Shown here: piece after piece, positions 29,715-39,658 of the stretch
Layout: the number at the start of each line of letters is the position of its first letter
How positions within the stretch are numbered: position 1 is the first letter of the stretch
Origin: Bacteroidales bacterium
GTDB taxonomy: Bacteria > Bacteroidota > Bacteroidia > Bacteroidales > GCA-2711565
DNA length: 64,000 bases
Reading direction: 5' to 3'
Assembly: GCA_963675215.1 (NCBI GenBank)
Contig: OY775914.1
Coordinates: 3,672,653 to 3,736,652, forward strand
The notes under the pieces: generated by a model
What the model saw: the letters and a program-made list of their open reading frames with translations, nothing else
The model's database searches: none
What the model was told of the DNA's origin: nothing
Made by a program: the position numbers and the translations under genes

Positions 29715-30965
29715 CTATTTTTGATTATCCATAAATTCTAACGCATTAAGCCGTTGCAATAATGGTGGATGCGAATAGTAAAAAAACGTATAAACCGGGT
29801 GAGGGTTTAAATTACTCAAATTATTTACCGATAGTTTTTTTAAGGCATCACTAAGGGCCTTAGGGTCATATTTTTCTCCTGCAAATTGATCGGCTGCAAA
29901 CTCGTGTTTGCGCGAAAAATAATTTGTAACCAAACCCAGAATTAGTGAAACCGGGCTATAAAGAATCCCAAAAACCAAAACGCCCAAATGAAAACTCATA
30001 CTTGAGCTTCCGAGTGCATCTGATAATATTGGGTTTCCAATAAAAAAAGAAAGAACAAATAACATGAGCCCTGTTTGAAGAAGAGAAATTATCAAACCAA
30101 AAACCGTATGTTTCTTTTTATAATGACCAATTTCATGAGCCAAAACTGCAACCAACTCTTCAGTCGTATGATCTTTTATTAATGTATCGAATAAAACAAT
30201 TCGCTTTTTTGGCCCAAAGCCGCTAAAATAAGCATTCGCTTTGGTTGACCGTTTTGAGTTATCAATCACATAAATATTTTCTAATTTGAATCCTGCACTT
30301 GCCGCAAACTTTTCAATGGCATTTCTCAACTCGCCATCCGAAAGCGGAACTTGTTTATTAAAAAGAGGTACAATCAGCACGGAATAAAACATGCTCATAA
30401 TAACCGTAAACAAACCAATTAAAGCCCAAGTGTATAACCAAAACATCGAAGTACTAACTGTATAAATCCAAATAACCAGTGCTAAGATTCCACCGCCAAG
30501 CACAATGGCCAGCAGCCATCCTTTCAGCTTATCTAAAACATAAGTACTCGGTGTTGTTTTATTGAATCCGAAACGCTCCTCGATTACGAAAGTATTGTAT
30601 AAACTAAATGGCAAGGATAAGATATCAGCAGCGAAACCAATGATCCCAAAAAACAATAATCCAAGTAATATCGAATTTTCAGTATAATTACGAAGAAAAT
30701 CATCGAGGTAAACAAATCCTTTCCAATACAAGAGGCCCAGAATTAAAATAAAAGAAAGTGCATTTGAGAATGTTGATATTTTTTGTTTTGCCTTGATATA
30801 ATTTTGAGACTTACGATATTTTTCAGCTTCATAAATTCCTTCTAGTTCAGGGGGAATTATATCTGACCAATATCGACTGTTTAAATAATCCAGAAATTGT
30901 TCGAGTAAAAAATCCAAAACAATTACCGAAATAATGACAAGAAACAAAGTATTGGCAGAAAACAT
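29715..30965 (-). CDS. M48 family zinc metallopeptidase (Ste24/HtpX-like, membrane)
   Basis: 416 aa, multiple TM spans, HEIGHYKKKH (HExxH). Confidence 0.85.
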   Translation of the reverse strand: MFSANTLFLVIISVIVLDFLLEQFLDYLNSRYWSDIIPPELEGIYEAEKYRKSQNYIKAKQKISTFSNALSFILILGLLYWKGFVYLDDFLRNYTENSILLGLLFFGIIGFAADILSLPFSLYNTFVIEERFGFNKTTPSTYVLDKLKGWLLAIVLGGGILALVIWIYTVSTSMFWLYTWALIGLFTVIMSMFYSVLIVPLFNKQVPLSDGELRNAIEKFAASAGFKLENIYVIDNSKRSTKANAYFSGFGPKKRIVLFDTLIKDHTTEELVAVLAHEIGHYKKKHTVFGLIISLLQTGLMLFVLSFFIGNPILSDALGSSSMSFHLGVLVFGILYSPVSLILGLVTNYFSRKHEFAADQFAGEKYDPKALSDALKKLSVNNLSNLNPHPVYTFFYYSHPPLLQRLNALEFMDNQK

Positions 30966-30984
30966 ATCTTAATCTTTAGTCTAT

Positions 30985-31016
30985 AAAAAATAAAACCCGG
31001 GCGAAAACCCGGGCCA
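30985..31016 (-). terminator. Intrinsic terminator after fabG
   Basis: Minus-strand reading: cccggg-ttttcg-cccggg followed by ttttatttttt. Confidence 0.8.
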
Positions 31017-31034
31017 TCTTTAAAATAATTTTAT

Positions 31035-31781
31035 TTACATGCTCATTCCACCACAAACACTAATCACCTGACCGGTAACATAACTTGAAAGATCGGAGCC
31101 AAGAAAAATGGCAATATTGGCAACATCTTCAGCTTGTCCGGAACGGCGCAGAGGGATTGTTTTTATCCACTCTTTTTTAACGGTTTCATCAAGCTTTGAA
31201 GTCATATCAGTTTCAATAAACCCAGGGGCTATGGCATTGCACCTGATGCTTCTGGAACCTAGTTCCTGAGCTATGGATTTTGTAAACCCAATTAAACCTG
31301 CTTTTGAAGCTGAGTAATTTGATTGGCCGGCATTTCCGCCCACACCAACTACCGAACTCATATTGATAATACTACCCGAACGTTGTTTCAGCATGACCTT
31401 TTGAACAGCTTTTGTTAAGTTGAATACTGATTTTAGATTGACCTTGATTACAAGATCCCAATCTGCCTCTGTCATTCTCATCAACAAATTATCGCGGGTA
31501 ATCCCTGCATTATTAACTAAAATATCGATACGCCCAAACTCTTCCATTATGTGATTAATCAAGGCTTCTCCACCTTCAAATGAACTTGCATCCGATGCAT
31601 AGCCCTTTGCTTTTACGCCTTTGGCTTCAATTTCTGCTTCAAGCGACTTTGCATTATCGTCGTAAGCCAAATCTGAAAAAGCCACATTCGCTCCCTGATC
31701 GGCAAATTTAAGTGCAATTTCTCTTCCTATTCCTCTGGATGCTCCGGTAATTAAAGCCGTTTTTCCTTCAAGTAGTTTCAT
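31035..31781 (-). CDS. fabG: 3-oxoacyl-[ACP] reductase
   Basis: 248 aa SDR. TGASRGIG, NNAG, Y-x3-K (YSASKAG), C-terminal GQVISVCGGMSM. Confidence 0.93.
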   Translation of the reverse strand: MKLLEGKTALITGASRGIGREIALKFADQGANVAFSDLAYDDNAKSLEAEIEAKGVKAKGYASDASSFEGGEALINHIMEEFGRIDILVNNAGITRDNLLMRMTEADWDLVIKVNLKSVFNLTKAVQKVMLKQRSGSIINMSSVVGVGGNAGQSNYSASKAGLIGFTKSIAQELGSRSIRCNAIAPGFIETDMTSKLDETVKKEWIKTIPLRRSGQAEDVANIAIFLGSDLSSYVTGQVISVCGGMSM

Positions 31782-31854
31782 ATAGTTATTTTTTTTGATT
31801 TCAATTAATAAACAAATTTATTCTATTTTTTTCAATTTGAAAATTAGAGAAGCA

Positions 31855-33273
31855 TTACTTCACATACTGATCAATCACATCTGAAATTGCTTTCTGACAA
31901 ACCGGGCAAAAATTATTGCTGTTACGCGTATACATAATACAATCGGTTGATGATCGATACATTCCATACTGGTAATAAGAAGCGCCCTCAAAAGCACCAA
32001 TTGTGCCGGTATTTTCCATTTCACTTATCATTTTTGTTTCTTCTTTTCGCTGTTTCAAGAAAAGCTCTTCTAATACTGACTCCGGAGCTTTTGCTGCTCT
32101 CAACCGATCTCGCTCTTTTTGAATTTCGATGGCATGATTATCAAACTTTTCTTTATCCCATGGTGTTGGAATGGGTGTACCTTCTTTTACCATATCCTGC
32201 CATTTCAATTTCCCATCAATTAAAGCTGTGATATTAGCTTCCCAGGGTTCAACTTCAATTTCCGGCATTTGATAAGAAACAGAAGAGGAATAATATTCAT
32301 CGGCCAAGGCCGCAAAATGATGACCAAATTCATGCACAAAAATATAATCGGAAAATAAATTATCAACAGCAACAGAGGCATAGAGTTGATAAATACCACC
32401 TCCACCATAGGTCTTTTCATTAATCAATAAATACATAAAATCATAAGGCACGGTTGAAGCAACATCTCTAATCGTTCTATTGTCGTAGCTAAGTGCATAA
32501 CGTTCACTATCGAAACTACTGTAATGAACGCTCAAAGGTGTTCGGGCAAATACGCCAGGATGTGGCTTGTTCACACCAGAGTTTGCAGAAGGCGTTTCAA
32601 CAGTTCTAATATTAAAATCACTTTTACGAGATTTGAAAGGTTCAACCGCAAAAAGTTCGGCGGTAAGCCTTTCTGCATCTTTACGAAATTTATCCATTTC
32701 ATCAGCTTTGTAACCATCTGCTAAAATCACAATATCAACTTTTTCCTTTGCAGGCCCACTAATTAAAATGTCGTTGCTTTTGTATTCAGAAACTAAATCG
32801 GCAGGAGTTACTGCACGTGAGGATGGATCAATTTCAGTTTCCCAAATCTTAACAAATTCATTTTCTGCATTTCTTTTTTTCATCACTAACATAACCGAAT
32901 TGAGTGGCCATGGAAATCTTAGCGACTCATGAAAGGTTCCCCATTTTTTCTGAGCTTCAGGTATGGTTTGCCATTCCCCAAAAACACTTGCAAAACCACG
33001 ATTATAAATTAATTCTCCGGTCGCTAAGTCAAAAACATCAAACTGATACAAGCCGAAATTTACTTCATCTATCAAATGGTTAACACTGCCTGCCCATTCA
33101 CCATCAGAAAGGATACGATCAAGGGCAAAATGTTCTTCTGCCGAAGTTCCACTATGGAAATAATCTACTCGCATGGTCTTGTCCTTAAAAAATTTGGTGA
33201 AAGTTTTTGGTGTTGATGAACATGCCGAAGCTGAAACAATTACCACTAAGAATACTAATAAATACTTTTTCAT
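31855..33273 (-). CDS. M64 (IgA-peptidase-like) zinc metalloprotease lipoprotein
   Basis: Lipobox VSASACS and HEFGHHFAALADEY metal site. Confidence 0.8.
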   Translation of the reverse strand: MKKYLLVFLVVIVSASACSSTPKTFTKFFKDKTMRVDYFHSGTSAEEHFALDRILSDGEWAGSVNHLIDEVNFGLYQFDVFDLATGELIYNRGFASVFGEWQTIPEAQKKWGTFHESLRFPWPLNSVMLVMKKRNAENEFVKIWETEIDPSSRAVTPADLVSEYKSNDILISGPAKEKVDIVILADGYKADEMDKFRKDAERLTAELFAVEPFKSRKSDFNIRTVETPSANSGVNKPHPGVFARTPLSVHYSSFDSERYALSYDNRTIRDVASTVPYDFMYLLINEKTYGGGGIYQLYASVAVDNLFSDYIFVHEFGHHFAALADEYYSSSVSYQMPEIEVEPWEANITALIDGKLKWQDMVKEGTPIPTPWDKEKFDNHAIEIQKERDRLRAAKAPESVLEELFLKQRKEETKMISEMENTGTIGAFEGASYYQYGMYRSSTDCIMYTRNSNNFCPVCQKAISDVIDQYVK

Positions 33274-33374
33274 ATGTACATAATTTAATTTTATAGGTCA
33301 TATGAAACTCGCATGTAAGGTTTTCATCCTTGTTTATGATTAAAAAACATGCTCGTTTCATAATTATTAAATAT

Positions 33375-33857
33375 TTAAGGTGATTGGTTTTTTATAATCA
33401 GGATATTTTCAAATTCTTTAAGGAGGTTTTTATATGAATAATAGCCATCATGTCGAAAAAATTCTTTTCCATTAACATCAAGCAGCACTTGAGTTGGGAT
33501 GCTTGCAATTCCATAATATTTCATCAGCATTTGGTTCTCAGGTAAAAGGGCGTTTACAAAAACAACATTTATTTCTGGATGTTTTTCGGCTACCTCTTCT
33601 AACACAGACTCCATTCTTTTACAAGCACTACAACCTTTTGCGCCAAATTCAAGAAATGTTAATTCAAATTCTTTTTTATTTTTTTGATAATTGAAAACAG
33701 AATCGACATAAGCTGAAGCTTTAAAGACAACTTCTTCACCTGCCTGTTGCTTCATCAATTCAGAAATATAAATATTCATTTTACTCCGCATGGAAATCCC
33801 AATTACGATGAGCGCTATAAACACAAAAGCGATTATCCAGGGAATAACTTTTTTCAT
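33375..33857 (-). CDS. Membrane-anchored thioredoxin-fold protein (CxxC)
   Basis: N-terminal hydrophobic anchor and GAKGCSACKRME redox motif. Starts 19 nt after the selD stop on the same strand. Confidence 0.75.
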   Translation of the reverse strand: MKKVIPWIIAFVFIALIVIGISMRSKMNIYISELMKQQAGEEVVFKASAYVDSVFNYQKNKKEFELTFLEFGAKGCSACKRMESVLEEVAEKHPEINVVFVNALLPENQMLMKYYGIASIPTQVLLDVNGKEFFRHDGYYSYKNLLKEFENILIIKNQSP

Positions 33858-33876
33858 GATCTTTTTTTATCAGAAA

Positions 33877-34914
33877 CTAATTTAAGATTTTTATTAACTC
33901 CTCCCCTTTTTCGGTCAAATAACCAAACGAATGTGCAAGCAAATTTTGCTCTTTCAAAATTGCTTCAACTTGATCGATAGCTTCATCCGAAACTGCGATT
34001 AAAAGCCCTCCACTTGTTTGTGGATCACATAAAATATGTTGTTGTTCGGGTTTAGGTATGTTTAATTTATGTCCGTAACTATCCCAATTTCTATTAGTTC
34101 CACCCGGTATGGCCCCTGCTTTTAAATATTTAATGGCCTCAGGAAATATGGGAACCTTACCATAATCGATGACAGCAGAAACTTCACTTCCTTCACACAT
34201 TTCAATCAAATGGCCCATTAAACCAAAACCAGTCACATCAGTCATGGCTGAAACCCCGGAAAGATTTGCCAGCTCCACGCCAACTTTATTTAACAACATC
34301 ATCGAATCTGGAGCAATTTGCGCATCCTTCTCTTCTAATATTCCTTGTTTTTGTGCCGTAGCCAAAATCCCCACACCGAGTGGTTTTGTGAGATAAAGTT
34401 TTGACCCAGGCTTGGCGCTACTATTTTGCTTTAATTTTGAGATCTCAACCTTGCCGGTAACTGCCAATCCAAAAATCGGCTCCGGGTTATCAATGCTATG
34501 ACCACCAGCTAAGATAATTCCCGCATCCCTACAAACTGCTCTTCCACCCTCCATTACCTTTGCAGCAATTTCAGCAGACAATTTATTAATGGGCCAACCT
34601 AATATGGCAATAGCCAAAAGAGGTTTCCCTCCCATCGCATAAACATCACTAATGGCATTAACCGCGGCGATTTTCCCAAAGGTATAAGGATCGTCAACGA
34701 TAGGCAGAAAGAAATCTGTTGTGCTGATAATGGCTGATCCATCTCCTAAATCATAAACAGCTGCATCGTCGCGGCTATGATTTCCAACCAGTAAATTTTT
34801 ATCAACTTCCTGTTGAATATTGGTTGTTAAAATCGTATCCAGAACTTTGGGTGAAATTTTACAACCGCACCCCGCTCCATGACTGTATTTCGTTAACCTG
34901 ATTTTATTTTCCAT
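33877..34914 (-). CDS. selD: Selenide, water dikinase (selenophosphate synthetase), Cys-type
   Basis: 345 aa. N-terminal [12 protein letters not shown] (Cys, not Sec, with the Lys), AIR-synthase-like fold motifs DDAAV and TDFF. Confidence 0.93.
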   Translation of the reverse strand: MENKIRLTKYSHGAGCGCKISPKVLDTILTTNIQQEVDKNLLVGNHSRDDAAVYDLGDGSAIISTTDFFLPIVDDPYTFGKIAAVNAISDVYAMGGKPLLAIAILGWPINKLSAEIAAKVMEGGRAVCRDAGIILAGGHSIDNPEPIFGLAVTGKVEISKLKQNSSAKPGSKLYLTKPLGVGILATAQKQGILEEKDAQIAPDSMMLLNKVGVELANLSGVSAMTDVTGFGLMGHLIEMCEGSEVSAVIDYGKVPIFPEAIKYLKAGAIPGGTNRNWDSYGHKLNIPKPEQQHILCDPQTSGGLLIAVSDEAIDQVEAILKEQNLLAHSFGYLTEKGEELIKILN

Positions 34915-35944
34915 TTCCTATTTCTTTTAGAAGATAATTTGCATTTTCTTCATGATTTGTTGTTTCAAATTTAATTTCTTTAATTCTTTCAGGTTTCCGG
35001 CGAGATAGTCCTTTTAAGTAAAACTTGTCGTAATACATCAAGGTGATCATCGCTACTTCAAAAAAATCGTTTTTCTCAAGCGATTCAAGTGCACGCTTAA
35101 CCTGGTCATATCCTAATCTTTTTTTAATCCGATCAATGGAGGATGCAAGTTCTTCTTTATTTAGATTTCCGTATTCCTTAACCAGATATTTTGCACGTTC
35201 TACTCTGGGGATATTTAAAAAATACACCCAACTGGTTTCCATTTGTTTAAATAATGAAGGTGGAATAAATGCAGATCCAATATGGCGGCTTTCATCTTCC
35301 ATCCATATTGGTTTTTCGAAATCCAGAAATCTCATTTTTTCGAACAAATTACTTTCGAATTGTTCAACCGAAGGTTGTATTCCCATGCTAATTCCTCCAA
35401 ATGCCGATCCCCGATGATGTGCAATTGCTTCTAGATCAATCACCTGACATCCGTTTGCAAGAATATATTCTAATATTTTTGTTTTTCCACTGCCTGTATA
35501 ACCTCCGATAATATGCAATTTAAAAGGCTGATCAAAAAACTGCAAAACATGATTTCGAAAAGCCTTGTAGCCACCTTCGATTAAATAAACTTGTTCAAAT
35601 CCATTTTCTAAAAGATGTTGTGCAAATGCAGCGCTTCTCATTCCACCTCTCCAGCAATGAACAATTACTTTTCCATCTACTGCGACTTTTTTTGAATCAT
35701 CAATAAAATATTGGAGTTTGGGTTTGACAAATTTCATCCCGATGTTAACAGCAATTTCTTTGGATTGGCGGGTGTAAGCAGTTCCGACTGTTGCCCTTTC
35801 TTTATCAGAAAATAAAGGGATACTTCTGGCATTTGGAATATGCCCCTTTGTAAATTCACCAGGTGAGCGAACATCAATGATCGGTAAATCTGAATACTTT
35901 TTGTAATATTCAGCAATGGTAATCTTTGTTGGACTTCGCTCCAT
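34904..35944 (-). CDS. selU: tRNA 2-selenouridine synthase
   Basis: 346 aa. Rhodanese active-site loop HCWRGGMRS and P-loop GGYTGSGKT. Overlaps selD by 11 nt. Confidence 0.9.
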   Translation of the reverse strand: MERSPTKITIAEYYKKYSDLPIIDVRSPGEFTKGHIPNARSIPLFSDKERATVGTAYTRQSKEIAVNIGMKFVKPKLQYFIDDSKKVAVDGKVIVHCWRGGMRSAAFAQHLLENGFEQVYLIEGGYKAFRNHVLQFFDQPFKLHIIGGYTGSGKTKILEYILANGCQVIDLEAIAHHRGSAFGGISMGIQPSVEQFESNLFEKMRFLDFEKPIWMEDESRHIGSAFIPPSLFKQMETSWVYFLNIPRVERAKYLVKEYGNLNKEELASSIDRIKKRLGYDQVKRALESLEKNDFFEVAMITLMYYDKFYLKGLSRRKPERIKEIKFETTNHEENANYLLKEIGNGK

Positions 35945-36041
35945 TTTACGAATTTATTATTTTGCCATCCCAATGAAAAATCAGGTTTGATCCTTTGGCA
36001 AAATTAACAAATAAAATGTGGTAATCTAATCACAATTTGGT

Positions 36042-36821
36042 TTAAGCCTGAGTCGAAATTTTTGAAAATAATCCTTTTAATTTTTGCTCATAAATTTCAT
36101 TGATTTGCGTTTCATGTTCGCCAATTGGTTTAACAGGGATCAAGTCATTAACTTCATCGAAGGTCAAAGTATCGTTAAATTGCAGATTTAAAGCGGCCAT
36201 TAAGCTTTGATAAACTGCTTGTTCCGATTCACCGGAAGCCAAGCCAAACGCTTTACCCAGATCCACTAATTTCTGCCATTGAAACCAAAAATAAGTGGGT
36301 GCCATTGCTGAAACAATTGCATAGGCTTCTAATTTCACCTCATCAACCTCAAAAGTAGGTCCCAATAGTTTTAACCAATTTAGTAAACTATTTTTTTCGC
36401 TCTTTTTAAAGGCAGAAGAAAAACTTATTGGATTATAACCCTCGTTAATTACTGAAGTTGCATTTGGAATTAAACGAGCCACTTTTAACACATTAAGTGT
36501 TGATTGGAATTTTTGAATTGATATTTTTGGTGCCATTGAAAGCAAGATGGTTTTTTCCGAAATCTCACTTTTTATTTCCTTTAGCACATCCATTATAGCA
36601 GGCGGGTGTAGCGCAATAACAACAAACTCTTGTTTGGCAGCTTCGCAGTTTTGATTCGTACACTGAATACCGTGGAACTGCTTTTCCATGTTATCCAGAA
36701 TTTCCGGATTTGTATCGCTAACGATAATTGAATTTAACTCAAACTGCTTATTTTGTAAAGCCTGAAGAATTATTCGGGTAATTCTACCCCCTCCGATAAA
36801 TCCGATTGATACATTTTTCAT
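36042..36821 (-). CDS. Pyrroline-5-carboxylate-reductase-family NAD(P) oxidoreductase (divergent)
   Basis: Rossmann GFIGGGRI and RLIPNATSVINEG, similar to the P5CR R-x-MPN-x-P region. The C-terminal dimerisation motif is divergent. Confidence 0.65.
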   Translation of the reverse strand: MKNVSIGFIGGGRITRIILQALQNKQFELNSIIVSDTNPEILDNMEKQFHGIQCTNQNCEAAKQEFVVIALHPPAIMDVLKEIKSEISEKTILLSMAPKISIQKFQSTLNVLKVARLIPNATSVINEGYNPISFSSAFKKSEKNSLLNWLKLLGPTFEVDEVKLEAYAIVSAMAPTYFWFQWQKLVDLGKAFGLASGESEQAVYQSLMAALNLQFNDTLTFDEVNDLIPVKPIGEHETQINEIYEQKLKGLFSKISTQA

Positions 36822-36886
36822 CTTTTATGGTTTTTAAATTAAAAATAGTTTTAGTCTTTTCGTATGCCTTTTATGTGTTTTCTTAT

Positions 36887-37207
36887 CTAATTTGTTTTAC
36901 CTTTATTAAAGTCAAGGTCTGCTATTCGTAAATATTTGAACTTGGTAAAATTGTGTTGCTCCATCATCCATTTCACACAGTTAAAGGGACTACCATCAAT
37001 CATCAGTAAATCTTTGGTTTTAAAATATTCGTTTGGATTTTTAATTCCGGAATCAACAAGTGTCAAGTAATTCATTGTACGTACACTATTTACATTTAGT
37101 TTACGGACAACTAAATTGTAACTATGCCCAAAGTCGGATGCTTCTGAACAAGCCATTACAAAGTATTTGCCCAAGCTACATAAGTAATTTTCTTTTTTTG
37201 TTTCCAT
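36887..37207 (-). CDS. Hypothetical protein
   Basis: 106-aa ORF, 13 nt downstream of the TauE gene on the same strand. No motif recognised. Confidence 0.4.
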   Translation of the reverse strand: METKKENYLCSLGKYFVMACSEASDFGHSYNLVVRKLNVNSVRTMNYLTLVDSGIKNPNEYFKTKDLLMIDGSPFNCVKWMMEQHNFTKFKYLRIADLDFNKGKTN

Positions 37208-37220
37208 ATTACTTTGGATT

Positions 37221-37958
37221 TTAAAACAATTTAAGTCCCATTTTTACAGCCATAATTAATAGAATAATTGAAAGTATTTTTTTCACTATTTTCGGATTTA
37301 ACTGCTTTTGCATGAAGATGGTTCCAATTGTTGCCCCTACAATACCTGCAAGAGATGTGATTATCAACAACCTCCAATTAATTGTTCCAATTGACCAGTA
37401 AGTAAGAAATCCTGATAATGAAGAAAATGGAACAACAAAAGCGGTTATTGTTGTGATTTTTTTTGGATTAAAACCCATCATTAACAAAAGTGGAGAAATA
37501 ATTCCACCACCACCAATACCCAGCATCCCTGATATTAAACCTGCAACCGCACCAATAAGTGACAGAGAAAAATAAGGTATGTCTTCTCGATGATTAGATT
37601 CCTTTTTATTCCTAAAAAACAGAAACATAAATCCTGAGAATAACAAAAAAGAAACAAACATAAGTAACACAATATGTGATGAAATGTATTTCGACAGATA
37701 AGCACCAACACTTGCAAAAATAAATGAAAAGATAATAATAGGTATGCCTAATTTAAAATCAAGTCGTTTGTTTTTAATATTGTTAATACTTGCACCCGTC
37801 AAACTTATGGTGTTGTAAAATAAACCTACAGGTTTTGCAACCGATAGAGGAATCCCGAAAGTATCCATAATTGGAATCAATATAATTGCAGCCCCTACAC
37901 CTCCGAGAGAAAAAATAAGGGCAGCAAAGAAAGAAATTACAGCTAAATAATATTCCAC
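37221..37958 (-). CDS. TauE/SafE family anion exporter/permease
   Basis: 245 aa, about 8 TM spans, duplicated G-rich motif (GGVGAAIILIP / GIGGGGIISP). Confidence 0.85.
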   Translation of the reverse strand: MEYYLAVISFFAALIFSLGGVGAAIILIPIMDTFGIPLSVAKPVGLFYNTISLTGASINNIKNKRLDFKLGIPIIIFSFIFASVGAYLSKYISSHIVLLMFVSFLLFSGFMFLFFRNKKESNHREDIPYFSLSLIGAVAGLISGMLGIGGGGIISPLLLMMGFNPKKITTITAFVVPFSSLSGFLTYWSIGTINWRLLIITSLAGIVGATIGTIFMQKQLNPKIVKKILSIILLIMAVKMGLKLF

Positions 37959-37971
37959 AATATGATGTTAA

Positions 37972-38574
37972 TTATTTTTCCGAACAAGGAATACATACCC
38001 TTTTACCATCAATAATTTTTGATTGATTGTCAAATACAATCTCATTACATTTTGAGCAATTATGCCAATCAAAAGTTCCCTTTGGTAGTTGTACTTCTTT
38101 CTCGAAAAGTTCACTTACTAAAAACATCACATTCTCATCCATTTGTTTCACATTTTCAATTAGTGGCATTACCAATTCGGGTTTGATATCCTTAGGTTCA
38201 ACTTTTTGTTTTCGGAGCTTTACAAATTCAGAATCCAAAGCCTTTTCAAAAAATTCTGGACGCATTGAAACTCTTACGGCATTCTTTGTTTTTAGATCAA
38301 CCAAAACAATCGCATTTTTTCCATAATTTAACTTTTCAGCAATTCCTTTTCCATAGGTACAGCCCGTTGCAGCCATCACTCCATCTAAAAAACAAGCAGC
38401 TGCATGTGCCGGCCCATTTTCACAAAAAAGATACAATTCTTTATTACTGGCTTTTTCAACACCAAGTTTTTTCATTGCGGTCAAACCTGCACGATAACCA
38501 ATTGGCATTGCAGGGCATTTATGTCCGTGAAATTCAAATGCCCATTCTGGTATCTCTACTTTTTTATTTTCCAT
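37972..38574 (-). CDS. FmdE-domain protein with a C-terminal zinc-ribbon
   Basis: FHGHKCPAMPIGYRAG FmdE signature. C-terminal CSKC-x18-CIPC. Confidence 0.8.
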   Translation of the reverse strand: MENKKVEIPEWAFEFHGHKCPAMPIGYRAGLTAMKKLGVEKASNKELYLFCENGPAHAAACFLDGVMAATGCTYGKGIAEKLNYGKNAIVLVDLKTKNAVRVSMRPEFFEKALDSEFVKLRKQKVEPKDIKPELVMPLIENVKQMDENVMFLVSELFEKEVQLPKGTFDWHNCSKCNEIVFDNQSKIIDGKRVCIPCSEK

Positions 38575-38584
38575 AATTTCTATT

Positions 38585-39658
38585 TTAGAATTTATACTCC
38601 ATACTTAACATTAGCCAATTTTGAGGTTTAACTCCTTCCTTGGGTAACCATCCTTGATAATTAAATGAGAGTTGAACCCCATTGATGGGTGAATGAGACA
38701 CTCCTCCCATCATTGAATTTCCATTACCTATAATAGTGAGATTTTCTATGGGAACTTCTTCAAAAAGGAGTCGATCAAAGCGTGCAAAAATCATGGTCTT
38801 TTTGTTTATGTTAATAATACTATAAAAAGAATACCCCCAGCTATTTAAACCTAAATTGTATTCTAAATTATGTATATAATTGAATTCACCGCCGATGCGA
38901 AATTTTGATATTAGCTTGTATCCTATAAAAACAGAGAACAATTCTTCGTTTACTTTATTATCTTTTGTTGACTGTTTATTATGATAATATATTCTGGATT
39001 GGACATTTTTAATAGGATTGATATTTATGCCAACTGCCATTTTAATCTTTCCGAAAGCATCTTGTTTTAGCCGTGGTCCTTCGCCATTGGTAATCGCTGC
39101 ATCAAAAGATATCGCTTCACTCAATTTATAATATGCAATAAACCCAAGATCACTACTGGGTAAGTGCCAGTGCAAATCCTGAAAGGTTTGGGCCACATAA
39201 CGCAATCCCCAAAATCGTTCTTGAGTAATATAATGGTTTTGTAAAATTGCACCTCCTTCAAAAGTCAGCTTATCATTTACGTTCCATTGCAAGCTCGCAA
39301 ATTTCAAGAACATTGAATAGTATGAACCTTCCTTAGAAGTATTTTGAATTTCGAGTGGATTGCCTTCTAGATCATTAACTGTAATTTCTCCAACCGAAGT
39401 TGCCCTACCTCTATCAATAATTATTTTAGCACTCCAATTATCATTAAAATTATACTTAAATCCTAAATGCGCTCGACCAAAATTATAATCATATCTATTT
39501 TCATCGAAATTGTAAGATGCTGTTCCAAAGATTTGCACAATAGGTGTTACGTTTTCATAAAAATGCTTATTTTGTGCAAATAGATAGAACCCATTAACTA
39601 TAAAAAATAGTGTAATAATTACTGTTTTCAATTTATATGATTTAAAAAATACTACCAT
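38585..39658 (-). CDS. Outer-membrane porin-like beta-barrel
   Basis: Signal sequence ending FAQ, alternating beta-strand pattern, C-terminal ...LSMEYKF (terminal Phe). Overlaps the upstream permease gene by 17 nt. Confidence 0.6.
   Translation of the reverse strand: MVVFFKSYKLKTVIITLFFIVNGFYLFAQNKHFYENVTPIVQIFGTASYNFDENRYDYNFGRAHLGFKYNFNDNWSAKIIIDRGRATSVGEITVNDLEGNPLEIQNTSKEGSYYSMFLKFASLQWNVNDKLTFEGGAILQNHYITQERFWGLRYVAQTFQDLHWHLPSSDLGFIAYYKLSEAISFDAAITNGEGPRLKQDAFGKIKMAVGININPIKNVQSRIYYHNKQSTKDNKVNEELFSVFIGYKLISKFRIGGEFNYIHNLEYNLGLNSWGYSFYSIININKKTMIFARFDRLLFEEVPIENLTIIGNGNSMMGGVSHSPINGVQLSFNYQGWLPKEGVKPQNWLMLSMEYKF

Noticed and set aside
35955-36000. Inverted repeat ttttgcca...tggcaaaa between the P5CR-like gene and selU
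   Set aside because: The loop is large (about 27 nt) with no flanking T-run on the minus strand, and it does not resemble the TGTTCG-N8-CGAACA operator. It may be a weak terminator or nothing.
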